A stretch of 64,000 nucleotides of DNA from the human T2T-CHM13v2.0 reference genome, Homo sapiens: NCBI GenBank assembly GCA_009914755.4, contig CP086569.2, forward strand, positions 15,776,001 through 15,840,000, read 5' to 3'. The position numbers and the translations under genes were made by a program. Positions 40,241 through 58,069 of this stretch are shown here, one piece after another; within the stretch, counting starts at the first letter, position 1; each line of letters begins with the position of its first letter. The notes under the pieces are model-generated. The model was not told the DNA's origin and did no database searches. It was given only the letters and a program-made list of their open reading frames with translations.

Positions 40241-42159
40241 TAAATGCTGCTCCAGCATGAGACATATCAAATTGATAGTGGCGTTTACTTTTAGAGAGGG
40301 AATTATAGTTGGACATGATTATTCAGTGTATCTTAGTATTATCTGTATTTTGGAAACTTTCAAAAACAGAATCGATCCATGTATTACTTGCTAAATTAAA
40401 AGTTTACTTTGATAAAGATCATACTTGATCAAGTCCACCATGAAAAAAAAAAAAAACTTACATCAAATCTATGAGGATTTATGTGCTGCATAAGCAAAAC
40501 TTAGGAACTCTGCAATGGAGAGAGACTCAATCTGTTAGACTGGGATCTGCAGAGAAACAGAACCAAAGAAGTTTCTTGGGAGGCATGGGTTCATGTGACT
40601 GTAGCGGCTGGCACACCCAAAAGCTATAGGGCAAGGCTTCTGGCTGGGGATTCAGGAATGAAGTGATGCTGCAGTCTTGAGGCGGAATTTCTTATTGTTC
40701 ACAAAACCTGTTTTTGCTCTTAAGGACTTTCAACTATTGTTGATGAGACTCACTCCCATTATCCTCTTAAAGTCAACCGATTGTGGTTGTTAATGACATC
40801 TACAAAATACTTTCACAGCCAAAGCTATGCTAATGTTTGATTAAGGAGCTAAGTGCTATGGCCATGTCGAACTGATACATAAAACTAATGTCTCATGCAG
40901 CGTACTCCTGCTCCAGTAAAGCACTGATGATTCCAGATTGGGGCATAACGAATTAGAATCTCCATAGCACCAAGATGATCTGATTCCCATTGTTTCCGTT
41001 TTATTCTCTTTGAACACAGCTGCGATTACAGCATCAACACTCCAATTATTTTGAATATGTGTAAAGTTCACGGAAGGACATTTTGTTGGGTATGCACCTC
41101 TCCTCCACGTTTAATTTCTGTGTGAGTTCTCTCTTCCCTTCCACTCACGGTGGCATCTGAGGAAGTGCAGGGTTAAGAACAAAGTCAGTTTTTTAGACTT
41201 GCAACCTGGAAGTCAGAACCAGGACCCTGGAGACATCATTAAGATATTATCATTTTTATGTGGATCCTTGGATGCCAATCATGCTTCAATTACAACATGC
41301 TTCAAGAAACTCACTTATATCACCACTTGAGACATGGAGGCAGATTATGTCCTCCTACTAAGTAGTTAAATCTTACTTGTTAACATGGAAATGTTAATAT
41401 TCCCAGAAAAAAAACTTATTTGATACTTGAGAAATTAATTCCTTAAATTTTTCTCTTTTTTTTTTGTTTCAACATTTAACCATTCATGTCTGATCCTTCT
41501 TATCTCAGTTTTGAATGATTTAGTCTGCAACCCCATGACACCACTTTTTGTGAATTCGTGCTACTTTGAAATTTCTCTACAGTACGCAAATGACACACCA
41601 CAATTCAACATTTTATCACTAGATTTCTGAGAAGAGCCACGTCATTGACAGATAGACCCTACCACCTGATTTTTATATATTTTTTAAAATTGGTGAAATT
41701 TGAATTATTTTTATTTTTTCTTAGTTTGCATTGATACTTTTATAATAAGAGTATTCTCCTCTTAGACATACTACCTGATATTGACATAGGTTAATGTCAT
41801 ACTACCTGATGTTGATATAGGTTTATGTTTCAACCTTGAACAAGAGTCAAGAGTAAATTTTCAAATTTTGATTATTTCATAAAACAGATATATTAGTGCA
41901 ATAATATTTCCTTTTCAAATGGCAGGGAACAAATCATTTTTCTTTTTTTTCTTTTTATTATACTTTAAGTTTTAGGGTACATGTGCACATTGTGCAGGTT
42001 AGTTATATAGGTATACTTGTCCCATACTGGTGCATTGCACCCACTAACTCATCATCTAGCATTAGGTATATCTCCCAATGCTATCCCTCGCCCCTCCCCT
42101 CAACCCACAACAGTCCCCAGTGTGATATTCCCCTTCCTGTGTCCATGTGATCTCATTGT

Positions 42160-45990
<3,831 letters not shown>

Positions 45991-46039
45991 GTTATTTTGC
46001 TCATTAATTGATTCAGTTTCTTCCTAGCCTCAATCATCT

Positions 46040-46432
46040 TTACAATTTGGCATGTTTTTGCAGTGGCTCATACCAGTTGTTCCTTTTCATGTTTAGTGCT
46101 TCCTTCAGGAGCTCTTTTAGGGCAGGCCTGGTGGTGACAAAATCTCCCAGCATTTGCTTGTCTATAAAGGATTTTATTTCTCCTTCACTCATGAAGCTTA
46201 GTTTGGCTGGATATGAAATTCTGGGTTGAAACTTCTTTTCTTTAAGAATGTTGAATGTTGGACCCCACTCTCCTCTGGCTTGTAGAGTTTCTGCTGAGAG
46301 ATCAGCTGTTAGTCTGATGGGATTCCCTTTGTGGGTAACCTGACCTTTCTCTCTGGCTGCCCTTAACATTTTTTCCTTCATTTCAACTTTGGTGAATCTG
46401 AGAATTATGTGTCTTGGAGTTGCTCTTCTCAA
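46040..46432 (-). pseudogene. L1 ORF1 C-terminal region
   Basis: 130-aa minus ORF MRRATPRHIILRFTKVEMKEKMLRAAREKGQVTHKGNPIRLTADLSAETLQARGEWGPTFNILKEKKFQPRISYPAKLSF... Confidence 0.85.
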
Positions 46433-47877
46433 GGAGTATATTTATGGTGTTCTCTGTATTTCCTGAATTTGAATATTGACCTGCCTTGCTAGATTGGGGA
46501 AGTTCTCCTGGATAATATGCTTCAGAGTGTTTTCCAACTTGGTTCCCATTTATGATTTCTTGATATAAGCAGAAAATAATTGCAGCGTTCTGAAACAAAT
46601 AATTGCAGAGTTCTGAAAACTTAGTCTTTAAGGTTTTTGGGGGACGTATTGAAGGTAAGCTCCTTGGAGCCCAAGAAGAGTCAGCTGCCTAATATCTGGA
46701 AGCTTGGCCTTATCTCGAAAGGAATGCCAGACAGGCTAATTACTCCCCTGTAAGAAAGTGAAATTGTTCAATTCCCAAGAGGCTGCTATGCTATTTGTAT
46801 CAGTGAGCTATTTGAGAGTGCCATTAGTATTGGGAAGGCACTTTTGATTTTTACCAGCCCCATACATTCCTCTCTTATCAGCTTCATAATCCAGTCCTTA
46901 TCTCTGATCAGTGGACAGAGAATAACAAAGTCCCAGAGAACAGCCAGCAATGAAAACAATTTATATTCTTCAAAGAAAGTAAAAGTATGTGATTCTATCT
47001 GTACCCTCAGATAGAAGCTTAAATATAAAATTTGTGAAATTGTATAAATCTCCCTTAAATGGCACTGTATTTATCAATTTAGATTGTTTTTAAAAATGGC
47101 CTCTTCAATTAAGGATTTTTTAGGCAGATAATGACCTTCCTATTGCTATTTAGTGGAATTGTAGACTATGACTCAACTATATATACTAAACATAAGACCT
47201 TAAAAGCCCCAAGCATACATTTGAATGGGTTTTTCCCTAAAATATTATAGATTAAACAACAAAAACCAAATAACAACTAATCATCTTTGCCATAGGTATT
47301 CCTGTGGCAGGTATTCCTGCTATATTCAAAGTCAATTTGCTGCCCTTGTAATTCATGGATTTCTCAAAAAGAATAAAATCATATAATATATAATATATAT
47401 TTTCCATTATATCTGTTAAATAAATATTAAATGTTATATGTTACATATGTGTATATATATATTTACACTTAAATATGTTTACCCTAAGGCACTTTTACGG
47501 TAGGAAGTTTCAAATAGAAGAGGTCCTATTTGAAATTAATCATAGATATTTACTTTTATTTTGTCTTCCAAAGCACTATAGACTATTTGATTCTTTCTGA
47601 AGTCATCAATATTATTTTTGTCTAAAGACTTCAGAAAGCCAGATTGTCTCTCAAAAACAATTTATTTCTCGTTTGCTTGCCTGGATATTTTCTAATTCCA
47701 TCCTTAACCTTTTATATCAGTTAAAGTTGATTTTTTTACTTGCTTTTTTGTCTTTCAGATACTAAATTGTACTCACAAAAGAACAGCAGATAATATATGG
47801 AAAGCACAAAGAAAAAACATGTTGAATAGTTTTATGATTACTTTCAGCAATACAAATGGCTGTGGAAAGTATTTTAA

Positions 47878-48165
47878 GGCTGGGCATAGTGGCTCAGTCT
47901 TGTAATCCCAGGACTTTGGGAAGCTGAGCCTGGTGGATAATTTGAGGTCGGGAGTTGGAGACCAGCCTGGCCAACATGGCGAAACCCTGTCACTATAAAA
48001 ATACAAAAAATTACCCTGGTGTGGTGGCACACATCTGTAATCTTAGGTAGTCAGAACGCTGATGTAGAAGAATCCAGGAGGCAGAGGTTGCAGTCAGGTG
48101 GAATTGTGCCATTTCACTCCACTCCAGAGCGAGACTCTGCCTTAAGAAAAAAAAAAAAAAGAATA
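47878..48165 (+). mobile_element. Alu with A-tail
   Basis: ggctgggcatagtggctcagtcttgtaatcccaggactttgggaagctgagcctggtggataatttgaggtcgggagttggagaccagcctggccaacatggcgaaaccctgtcactataaaaatacaaaaaattaccctggtgtggtggcacacatctgtaatc...cagagcgagactctgccttaagaaaaaaaaaaaaaag. Confidence 0.88.
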
Positions 48166-49236
48166 AGATTTAGGCTCCAAAGAGCATTCTTGAAATTTTG
48201 AATTAGTAGTTCAGCTTTTTCTTTTAATTGAATTAAAATGGATTAAGATAACTAGATAATACTAAATTTCCAGTCTACTTTGTGTTGTGTAATTGTTCTG
48301 AGACCTTTGTTTCTTGAAGTGTGAAAATAAATTAGTGACAATTGGACTGTGCATAGGCAAATAGCCAAATAAATGTGAAAATATAAATATATATGATGTG
48401 GTTAAGCTCCAGGAGATCAGATTGGTATTGCCACTGATGATTCTCTGAGATGAAAAAGCACAATGAAATTCATGTCATACACAAATTTATACAATAAATA
48501 TTTATGACATGGATGAGTAAGTGAATAAACAAAGACATGACTATTAAGACAAGAATCTTTTCTGGGCCAAAGAGTAATAATGTTCATTGTAAATTAAATG
48601 AAGAGACAAAACTACACACACAAAGGATATATAAATTAAACACACTTTACATCAGTTTTTCAATACAACATTGATGAGGTCCTACATGTGCTTCTTGAAC
48701 TATTTGAAAAAAACTAAACAACCAAGATGCAGTATATCATTGCATCTTATATTGTCCAAAATATCAATGACCTGATACCACTAGGCTAACTTAAATAGAG
48801 ATTCTATTCATACTCTAATGTGGTTAGATTTTCCTTCAATTACTATTTGAAATGTAATTTATTGCTTCATTTTATTTCCTAGTAAATCTTAATCTAGGAT
48901 GTAAGTTTTGATTTTAACTTGGCATGGCCAATATATTGCTAATTACAGAGATATGTGGATAGGATTTTGTCTTTAAAAATCTATAAGGTATATTAATATT
49001 CTGTGAATGATATTTTAAAACACATTACTAAACATAAATGGATTATTAAGTTATATATTGATATAATGCGGTTGGGAAATTTTATTAGATCAATATATGT
49101 TCAAAATACATATGAGTAAAGCTACAATCAAACTAAACAATATGAAGAATTGCATATTGGAAGTATCATTTGGCTTCTCCCCAGAAATAACACAATGTAA
49201 TTACTTTGTTAAGAAATGTTTTAGATAATAATATAT

Positions 49237-49589
49237 TTTCTTTTTTCTTTTCTTATTTTTCTTATTTTTCTTTTTTTTTTTTTTTTGAGAAAGAGCCTCA
49301 CTCTGTTTCCAGGCTGGAGTGCAGCGGCATCATCTTGGCTCACTACAACCTCTGCCTCGCAAGTTCAAGCAAGCAATTCTCCTGCCTCAGGCTCCTGAGT
49401 AGCTGGGACTATAGGTGCATGCTTCCACATCCAGCTAAATTTTTTTTTTTTTTTTTTTTTTTGTATTTTAGTAGAGATGGGGTTTCACCATGTTGCCCAG
49501 GGTGGTCTTGATCTCCTGAGCTCAGGCAATCCTCCCACCTCAGCCTCCAAAAGTGCTAGGATTACAGGCATGAGCCACTGCACCTGGCC
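49237..49589 (-). mobile_element. Alu, minus orientation, with a long degenerate T-rich tail (TTTTC-like units) and a 26-nt poly-T expansion of the middle linker
   Basis: ttttcttttttcttttcttatttttcttatttttcttttttttttttttttgagaaagagcctcactctgtttccaggctggagtgcagcggc...aaattttttttttttttttttttttttgtattttagtagagatggggtttcaccatgttgcccagggtggtcttgatctcctgagctcaggcaatcctcccacctcagcctccaaaagtgctaggattacaggcatgagccactgcacctggcc. Confidence 0.9.
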
Positions 49590-49890
49590 AATAGCTTATT
49601 TTCAAAGGAGATATTTTCTACTAATTTAAAAAGTGGAATGTCAAAGAGGTACTAGACAAAGCAAGCTCTCTGCAAAAAAAAAAAAAAAAAAAGTAGTTTA
49701 GGAGAGATAATTACTTGAATGATAATCATTATAAAAATAACCACAAATCGTCCAGTACTAGACACTTGGTGATTTCTCAAATATTTGATAGTGAAAACAA
49801 AGCCATTAGATCAGTAAATTCAGTGTTATTAGAATTATTCTTCTCTTAGTACTCAGGAACTGGAAACACTGAATCAAAGATGACTGTGTA

Positions 49891-50128
49891 AGTTGGAAGC
49901 AAAAAAGAAAGGAAGGAAGGAAGGAGAGAAGGAACAAGGGAAGGTAGGAAGGAGGGAGGCAGGGAGGGAGGAAGGGGGGAAGGAAGGAAGGAGGGAAGGG
50001 AGGGAGAAACAGGAGAGAGGGAGGGGGAGAGGGAAAAAGGAAGCGATGGGGTAGGAAGGAGGCAAGGGGTGAAAAACAGAGAAAGGAAGGAGGAAGGACC
50101 AGGGCAGGGAAGGAAGGATGAGGAAGAA
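49891..50128. repeat. Degenerate (GGAA)n / (GGGA)n purine-rich microsatellite, ~240 bp
   Basis: aaaaaagaaaggaaggaaggaaggagagaaggaacaagggaaggtaggaaggagggaggcagggagggaggaaggggggaaggaaggaaggagggaaggg... It explains the three overlapping Pro/Ser/Leu-rich minus ORFs at 49806-50219. Confidence 0.9.
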
Positions 50129-50181
50129 AACATGAGCAATAGATGTCAAGAAACAAATTTCTTTTGCATCTTGTTACACCC

Positions 50182-50555
50182 TGTGATATGTTTTGGATGT
50201 GTCTCCACCCAAACCTCATCTTGATTTGTATTTCCCATAATCCTCACATGTTGTGGGAGGATCCCAGTGGAAGGTAATTTAACCATGGGTGTCGTTAACC
50301 AAATGCTGCTGTTCTTTTGATAGTGAGTTCTCATGAGATCTGCTGGTTTTATAAGAGGCTTTTCTCCCTTTTGCTCAGGATTCTCCTTCTTGCCGCCATG
50401 TGAGGGATATGTTGCTTTTCCTTCTACCATAATTGTAAGTTTCCTGAGTCCTCTCCAGCCATGGGGAGCTGTGAGTGAATTAAACTTCTTTCCTAAATGA
50501 ATTACCCAGTCTCGGATATGTCTGTATTAGCAGCTTAAAAATGGACTAACGTACC
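50182..50555 (+). mobile_element. ERVL-MaLR solo LTR (MST/THE1-like)
   Basis: tgtgatatgttttggatgtgtctccacccaaacctcatcttgatttgtatttcccataatcctcacatgttgtgggaggatcccagtggaaggtaatttaaccatggg...gagatctgctggttttataagaggcttttctccc...gccgccatgtgagg...tctgtattagcagcttaaaaatggactaa. Compare the THE1B consensus TGATATGGTTTGGCTGTGTCCCCACCCAAATCTCATCTTGAATTGTAGCTCCCATAATTCCCACGTGTTGTGGGAGGGACCCAGTGGGAGGTAATTGAATCATGG... Confidence 0.85.
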
Positions 50556-51272
50556 CTGTCTATCATCATTCTTGACTAATGCAATGCACAAGTATTGGAT
50601 AACTTGAAATGACTTCAAGGTGTTCAGTATATGAGAAAAATCTGGATTTTCTCACAAGGACTTTCCTTTGCTAGCTGTGTGACACGGTAATTTCCAGGCA
50701 CCTTTGTCTCTATTTGTTCATCAGTAAGTGGAGGGAAATGATTCCTTCCTGTCCTAATTGATGTGTAGTATAAGTGGCATATTTGCATGGTGCCCAGAAC
50801 AGGTGCTGCCTTTTAATTAGTCCCTTATTTTAGTCCCTTGTATTTTTGGTACTTTTTCTTACATTTTAGAAATTGTCTTTGATTGAACTTGAATAATACC
50901 CACTTTACAGACTCCTTTTCCCTTCTCAAAGGGCATATTTCTTCTTCTGCCACAGTGGGATATTTATCTCTAAATAAAACTGCCCTTGTTTTAAACCCCA
51001 TTGTTGGCAATCAGGTCAGATAATGCAAAAAGGGAGTAACGTGTCAAAAAACAAAAAAACAAACAAACTCAATATTATTGTGGTTTTGTTAGTTTATTTC
51101 TTTAAATGAATTTATTCCATTTCATGAAATAATATTTATCAGTTATAATGTCTGTTACCCACAATTGGTAGCCACAATTGGTACCACAATTTTTTTGCAT
51201 GTAATATTAGAGGAAAGAATAGCTCCATCTCTGCCACATAAATATTTCAAATATTTCAAAATAAACAATTAA

Positions 51273-51553
<281 letters not shown>

Positions 51554-53547
51554 AAATCATGTATTTTAATTATGTATTCCTGCAAGGAAATATTCAGATT
51601 TGCCTAAAAACTAATAGTCCTCTTTTTCTTTTATTTTCCTATTCCAGCCCAAAATGTTGAAATTATCTATGAATAAACTTAGACCTAAGCAGTCTCCAAA
51701 AGAATTTATATTGTTTACAATTCAATTCAGCTAATGTTTGAGTAACTATGTTCAAAGCGCTGTGCTATGAGATATGTGGAGAAGAAGCCTACATAGTTCC
51801 TGTCCTTCATAGATTTATTTATAGTGAAGGCAGCATACAAGTGATTAATTAAAATTCATTGCAAAAATAGTACTTCTATGCCAGAGATGGTAAAGGCAAA
51901 GAAGTGATTCATTAAACCTTAGAGGACGTGGTTACACATTTTTAGGGATGAGGCGTTTTGTTTCAAAGTTAAAGGCTAATGAAAATTTTAACAGGCTCAA
52001 AACATGGGAAAGAGATTCTAATCTAAAACAATAGCATGAGGCAAGACATAAAACACCAAAATTAAAAACTCATATACCCAACATGCAATTATGTTTTTTA
52101 TGTGAGGAGGTGCAGAAGCAGAATTGTCAGCATTTGATGGACAGAACAGAGGAAGAACTCTGGCTAGAAAGTTGAGTCTCATTCTTAAAATACCTTCATT
52201 GGCATAAGAAAGTAGCCTTGATTTGCAATAGAGAATACTAACCACTATAATTACAATGACTAGTCACTAACATAATTTGTTTTGGAAAAGAGAAAAGAGG
52301 TATAAAGAGAAAGTAAAGCTAAAGAAGAGATGATAAATATAGAAATAAATTACACATTTTATAAAGAAAAAGCATAGATTTTGTTTTTAAAAACTATACC
52401 TTGATAATTATAATTAAAAATAGTTTAAAAATTCAAAGGAAGAACAGTAAATTGGAATGATGTAGTAAAAAAAGGGAAAATGCATTATAAAGGAATTCAC
52501 AAAAAAATGGAGGACAGAGAAAAAGTAGGCACACTGTCAAGCAGAAGTTTAGATAAATATTAACAAATACGTTATGGGATATATCTGTTTGTGTTTGAAA
52601 AGATAGAGTGGTAACATATGAAGAATTAAAGGAAAATATGACTTCTCTGTGCAAAAATATACACCAAACAATCAGATTCAAATATTTAAAAGGCAATACA
52701 ATAAAAAAATAGCTAAAATAAAGGAAAGTAAAGCCAGCTACCGAACAACAGCAACAAAATAACTAATCATAAAGAAATGGCAAGAAGACTGACAGATTCT
52801 TATCAGCATCAGTAGAACCCATATAAAATAGACTCATATTAAAATGTGTTCTAAAAGGAAACTTTCAACCTGTAAGTGTATGCTCACTTAAACTGTCTTT
52901 CAATAATGGTAAAATAAATAATTTGTGGACATACATAATTGAAATATTCACAAAAGAAACTCAATTTTTCATAAAACCTACCAAAATATATACCTTATAT
53001 AAAAACAACAAAACACAGTAATAGGGAAAAGACCCCAAAATTTGTCAAAATATTTTTTTAAGATGCAAGCCACCGAAACATTTCACTCAAAAACTTCACC
53101 AAAGTTTTTCAGGTAATTTAAAGGACACTAAATGATTCTTGGCAGCAGTGGTGTTAGGGTGATTCTGAGGCTGCCATTTTGTGAGGAAGCCCAAGCCACA
53201 TGTAAAGCCTGTCTGCACGTGATACTTCCATTGATAGCCCGCTTGAGCCTAGTGTTCGATGTGTTTCGGTCCATATGCATGTCATGTAAATGTCTTGATA
53301 TTATTATTATCATGACATTGATTTACATGATATGTAAATAAAGAAGCCTCCCCCAGATTCTGGCTCCCAGCCATCTGAATTACACATAGCTCTTTGAAAC
53401 TTATCAGCTAAACATCCAGACTCCATGGAACAGAGACAAGCTATTCATATACCTTGACTGAATTATAAAAGCCTGGCAAGGGTTAGCATAATAAAGCGGT
53501 TATTGTTCTGTGCCATGCAGTTCTGGAGTAGTTTGTTATGTGGTGAT

Positions 53548-55607
<2,060 letters not shown>

Positions 55608-55765
55608 TAATAGTCAATATCTGCCATTATAGAGAAGTATGCATATTCATGCCATGAGAGTGCAGGTGATGTCAGTGGAAAATGGAATATTTTATACCGG
55701 TTAGTAAAAGGCTTAAATCCCACTAGATTTAACTTTTTTTAAGTTTACATATAAGCCTTATATAA

Positions 55766-56179
<414 letters not shown>

Positions 56180-57595
56180 CATAGATTTTTCACCTAAAAC
56201 ATAACCTGCTAAAATAATTTATGCATCAGAGTTCTCCAGAGAATCAGAACCAATAGGTTAAATAAAAATATTTTTAATCAAGCATTGACTCGTGGAATTA
56301 CAGAGGGCAAGAAATCCTATGATCTGCTGCTGTCTGCAAGCTGGAGACTCAGGAATGCCAGAGGCATAGTTTGAAGCCTCAGAGTCAGAGATAATGCTGT
56401 AGATTCCAGTCAGAGTCTGATGATCTTTGAACCAGGAGCTTGAAGGCCAGGAGAAGATCTATTTCCTGGATCAAGCTCCCAGGCAGAGGGAGAGCAAACC
56501 TAATCTTCCTCTGTGGTTGTTGTTTTATTCAGGCTTCCAGTGGATTGCATGATGCACCCTCACCTTGGATCAGGCTATCTGCCTTACCTGAATCCAAATG
56601 CTCTTCTTGAAACCATTTCTTGAATGCTTGAAACTCTTCTTGAAACATCCTCCAAGGCATATTGAGACATGTTTAATCAAATATAAGGCCATCCCACTAA
56701 CCAATCAATTTAATATGCAAAATTAACCATCACAGATGATTCCATTACCAAGCAGTGCTTTAAGAGGTTTCTATTAGTCCTAAATACTGGTTCTGTACAA
56801 AAATAAAATTAAAAAAATTAAATAGCAAAAAGGCACTGTTAACACTGGCATGAATAAACGAAGAGAAAAAGGTGAAACAGAATAGATTATATCAAAGACA
56901 TTTTTGAAACTGCCATGAAGCATTTTTTTTTTTTTAAATCAAGCATTGCTTAAAACATTCAAGACATGAGAAATGCATACTGGTGGAAGATAGTTGTTTC
57001 TTTTTTTTTTTTTCTTTTTCTTGCAATGGAGTCTGTGGCAGAGCAGGAGGGCTGTCATCTTGTACAAACACCACCACTTTAAGTTCCAGCTTCCTTTTTA
57101 GACTCATGCATTTCAAGGAAATCATTTCTCTTCTAACTACAAGCAGGCAGAAAGAGCAGACAGTAAAACATAGATACGACAGCTCAGGCATAGAGGGAGG
57201 TGGGGTAAAAGTCTCTTAAGTAACTGCCAAACTTCACCCTCATACAATGGGCCCCAGTAAAACAGTAGGCCTTAATAAGCACATTCCCTTACCTTGAGCT
57301 GCACTAAGATAGGGAAGCTAAAAGCACACTCGTGGGGTATGCTTGCAGCTGCAGGAAGATCTGTGGGAAGAGACACACAGCTCTCCCTCCCAGATAAGAA
57401 CAACAAAGAGACAGAGAAGCAGTCCAAGCCTCTGATAAATGCTCCCATCTGGAATTCTTAAAAGCTCTAAGTCTCTAAGAGAGTGTGCCTCTGACCTAAC
57501 TTGGCGAGAAGGCTCCTCTCAAGTTTGTTTTCTCTAAAATAAACCTGTCTTCACTGGTGAGCCACCTTGCATGTTTCTTTCCTCTTTCTTTAATT

Positions 57596-57807
57596 CTTTT
57601 TTATTTGTTATTATACTATAAGTTTTAGGGTACATGTGCACAATGTGCAGTTTAGTTACATATGTATAGATGTGCCATGTTGGTGTGCTGTACCAATTAA
57701 CTTGTCATTTAATATTAGGTATATCTCCTAATGCTATCCCTCCCTGCTCCCCCGACCCCATAACAGGCCCCAGTGTGTGATGTTCCCCTTCCTGTGTCCA
57801 TGTGTTC
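57596..57807 (-). mobile_element. Short (~210 bp) 5'-truncated L1PA 3'-end insertion (poly-T plus reverse-complemented 3'UTR tip)
   Basis: ttttttatttgttattatactataagttttagggtacatgtgcacaatgtgcagtttagttacatatgtatagatgtgccatgttggtgtgctgtaccaattaacttgtcatttaatattaggtatatctcctaatgctatccctccctgctcccccgaccccataacaggccccagtgtgtgatgttccccttcctgtgtccatgtgttc. Confidence 0.88.
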
Positions 57808-58069
57808 CACCCAGGCTGGAGTGCAGTGGCATGATTTTGGCTCACCACAACCTTTTCCTCCTGGGTTCAAGGGATTCTCCTGCTTCAGCCTCTGGAGGAG
57901 CTGGGAGTACAGGTGCACAATAACACATCTGGCTAATTTTTGTATTCTTAGTAAAGACAAGGTTTCACTATATTGCTCAGGCTGGTCTTGAATGCCTAGC
58001 CTCAAATGATCAGCCTGCCTTGGTCTCTGAAAGTGTTGGGTTTACAGGTGTGAGACACCACACCTGGCC
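57808..58069 (-). mobile_element. Alu, minus orientation, lacking its poly-A end (Alu sense 3' end missing). It directly abuts the L1 tip.
   Basis: cacccaggctggagtgcagtggcatgattttggctcaccacaaccttttcctcctgggttcaagggattctcctgcttcagcctctggaggagctgggagtacaggtgcacaataacacatctggctaatttttgtattcttagtaaagacaaggtttcactatattgctcaggctggtcttgaatgcctagcctcaaatgatcagcctgccttggtctctgaaagtgttgggtttacaggtgtgagacaccacacctggcc. Confidence 0.88.

Noticed and set aside
40500-41080. Segment resembling an ancient interspersed repeat (gggttcatgtgactgtagcggctggcacacccaaaagctatagggcaaggcttctggctgggg...ttgttcacaaaacctg...)
   Set aside because: I recall similar motifs from an old mammalian repeat but cannot name the family or verify the alignment, so it is left unannotated.
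49806-50219. Three overlapping minus-strand ORFs (137, 97 and 91 aa) rich in Pro, Ser and Leu
   Set aside because: They are read-through of the (GGAA)n-like purine microsatellite (reverse complement TTCC is read as Phe, Leu, Pro, Ser). Not a proline-rich protein gene.
50146-50430. 94-aa minus ORF, and the similar 104-aa minus ORF at 60343-60657
   Set aside because: Both lie entirely within the MST/THE1-like MaLR solo LTRs. This is the familiar stop-free antisense frame of THE1-family LTRs, not host coding sequence.
56925-57060. Poly-T runs (56927-56939, 57000-57014) followed by ...gcaatggagtctgtggcagagcagg, superficially like a reverse-complemented Alu or FLAM start
   Set aside because: Beyond about 15 nt the sequence does not follow the Alu consensus. 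Treated as a T-rich low-complexity patch.
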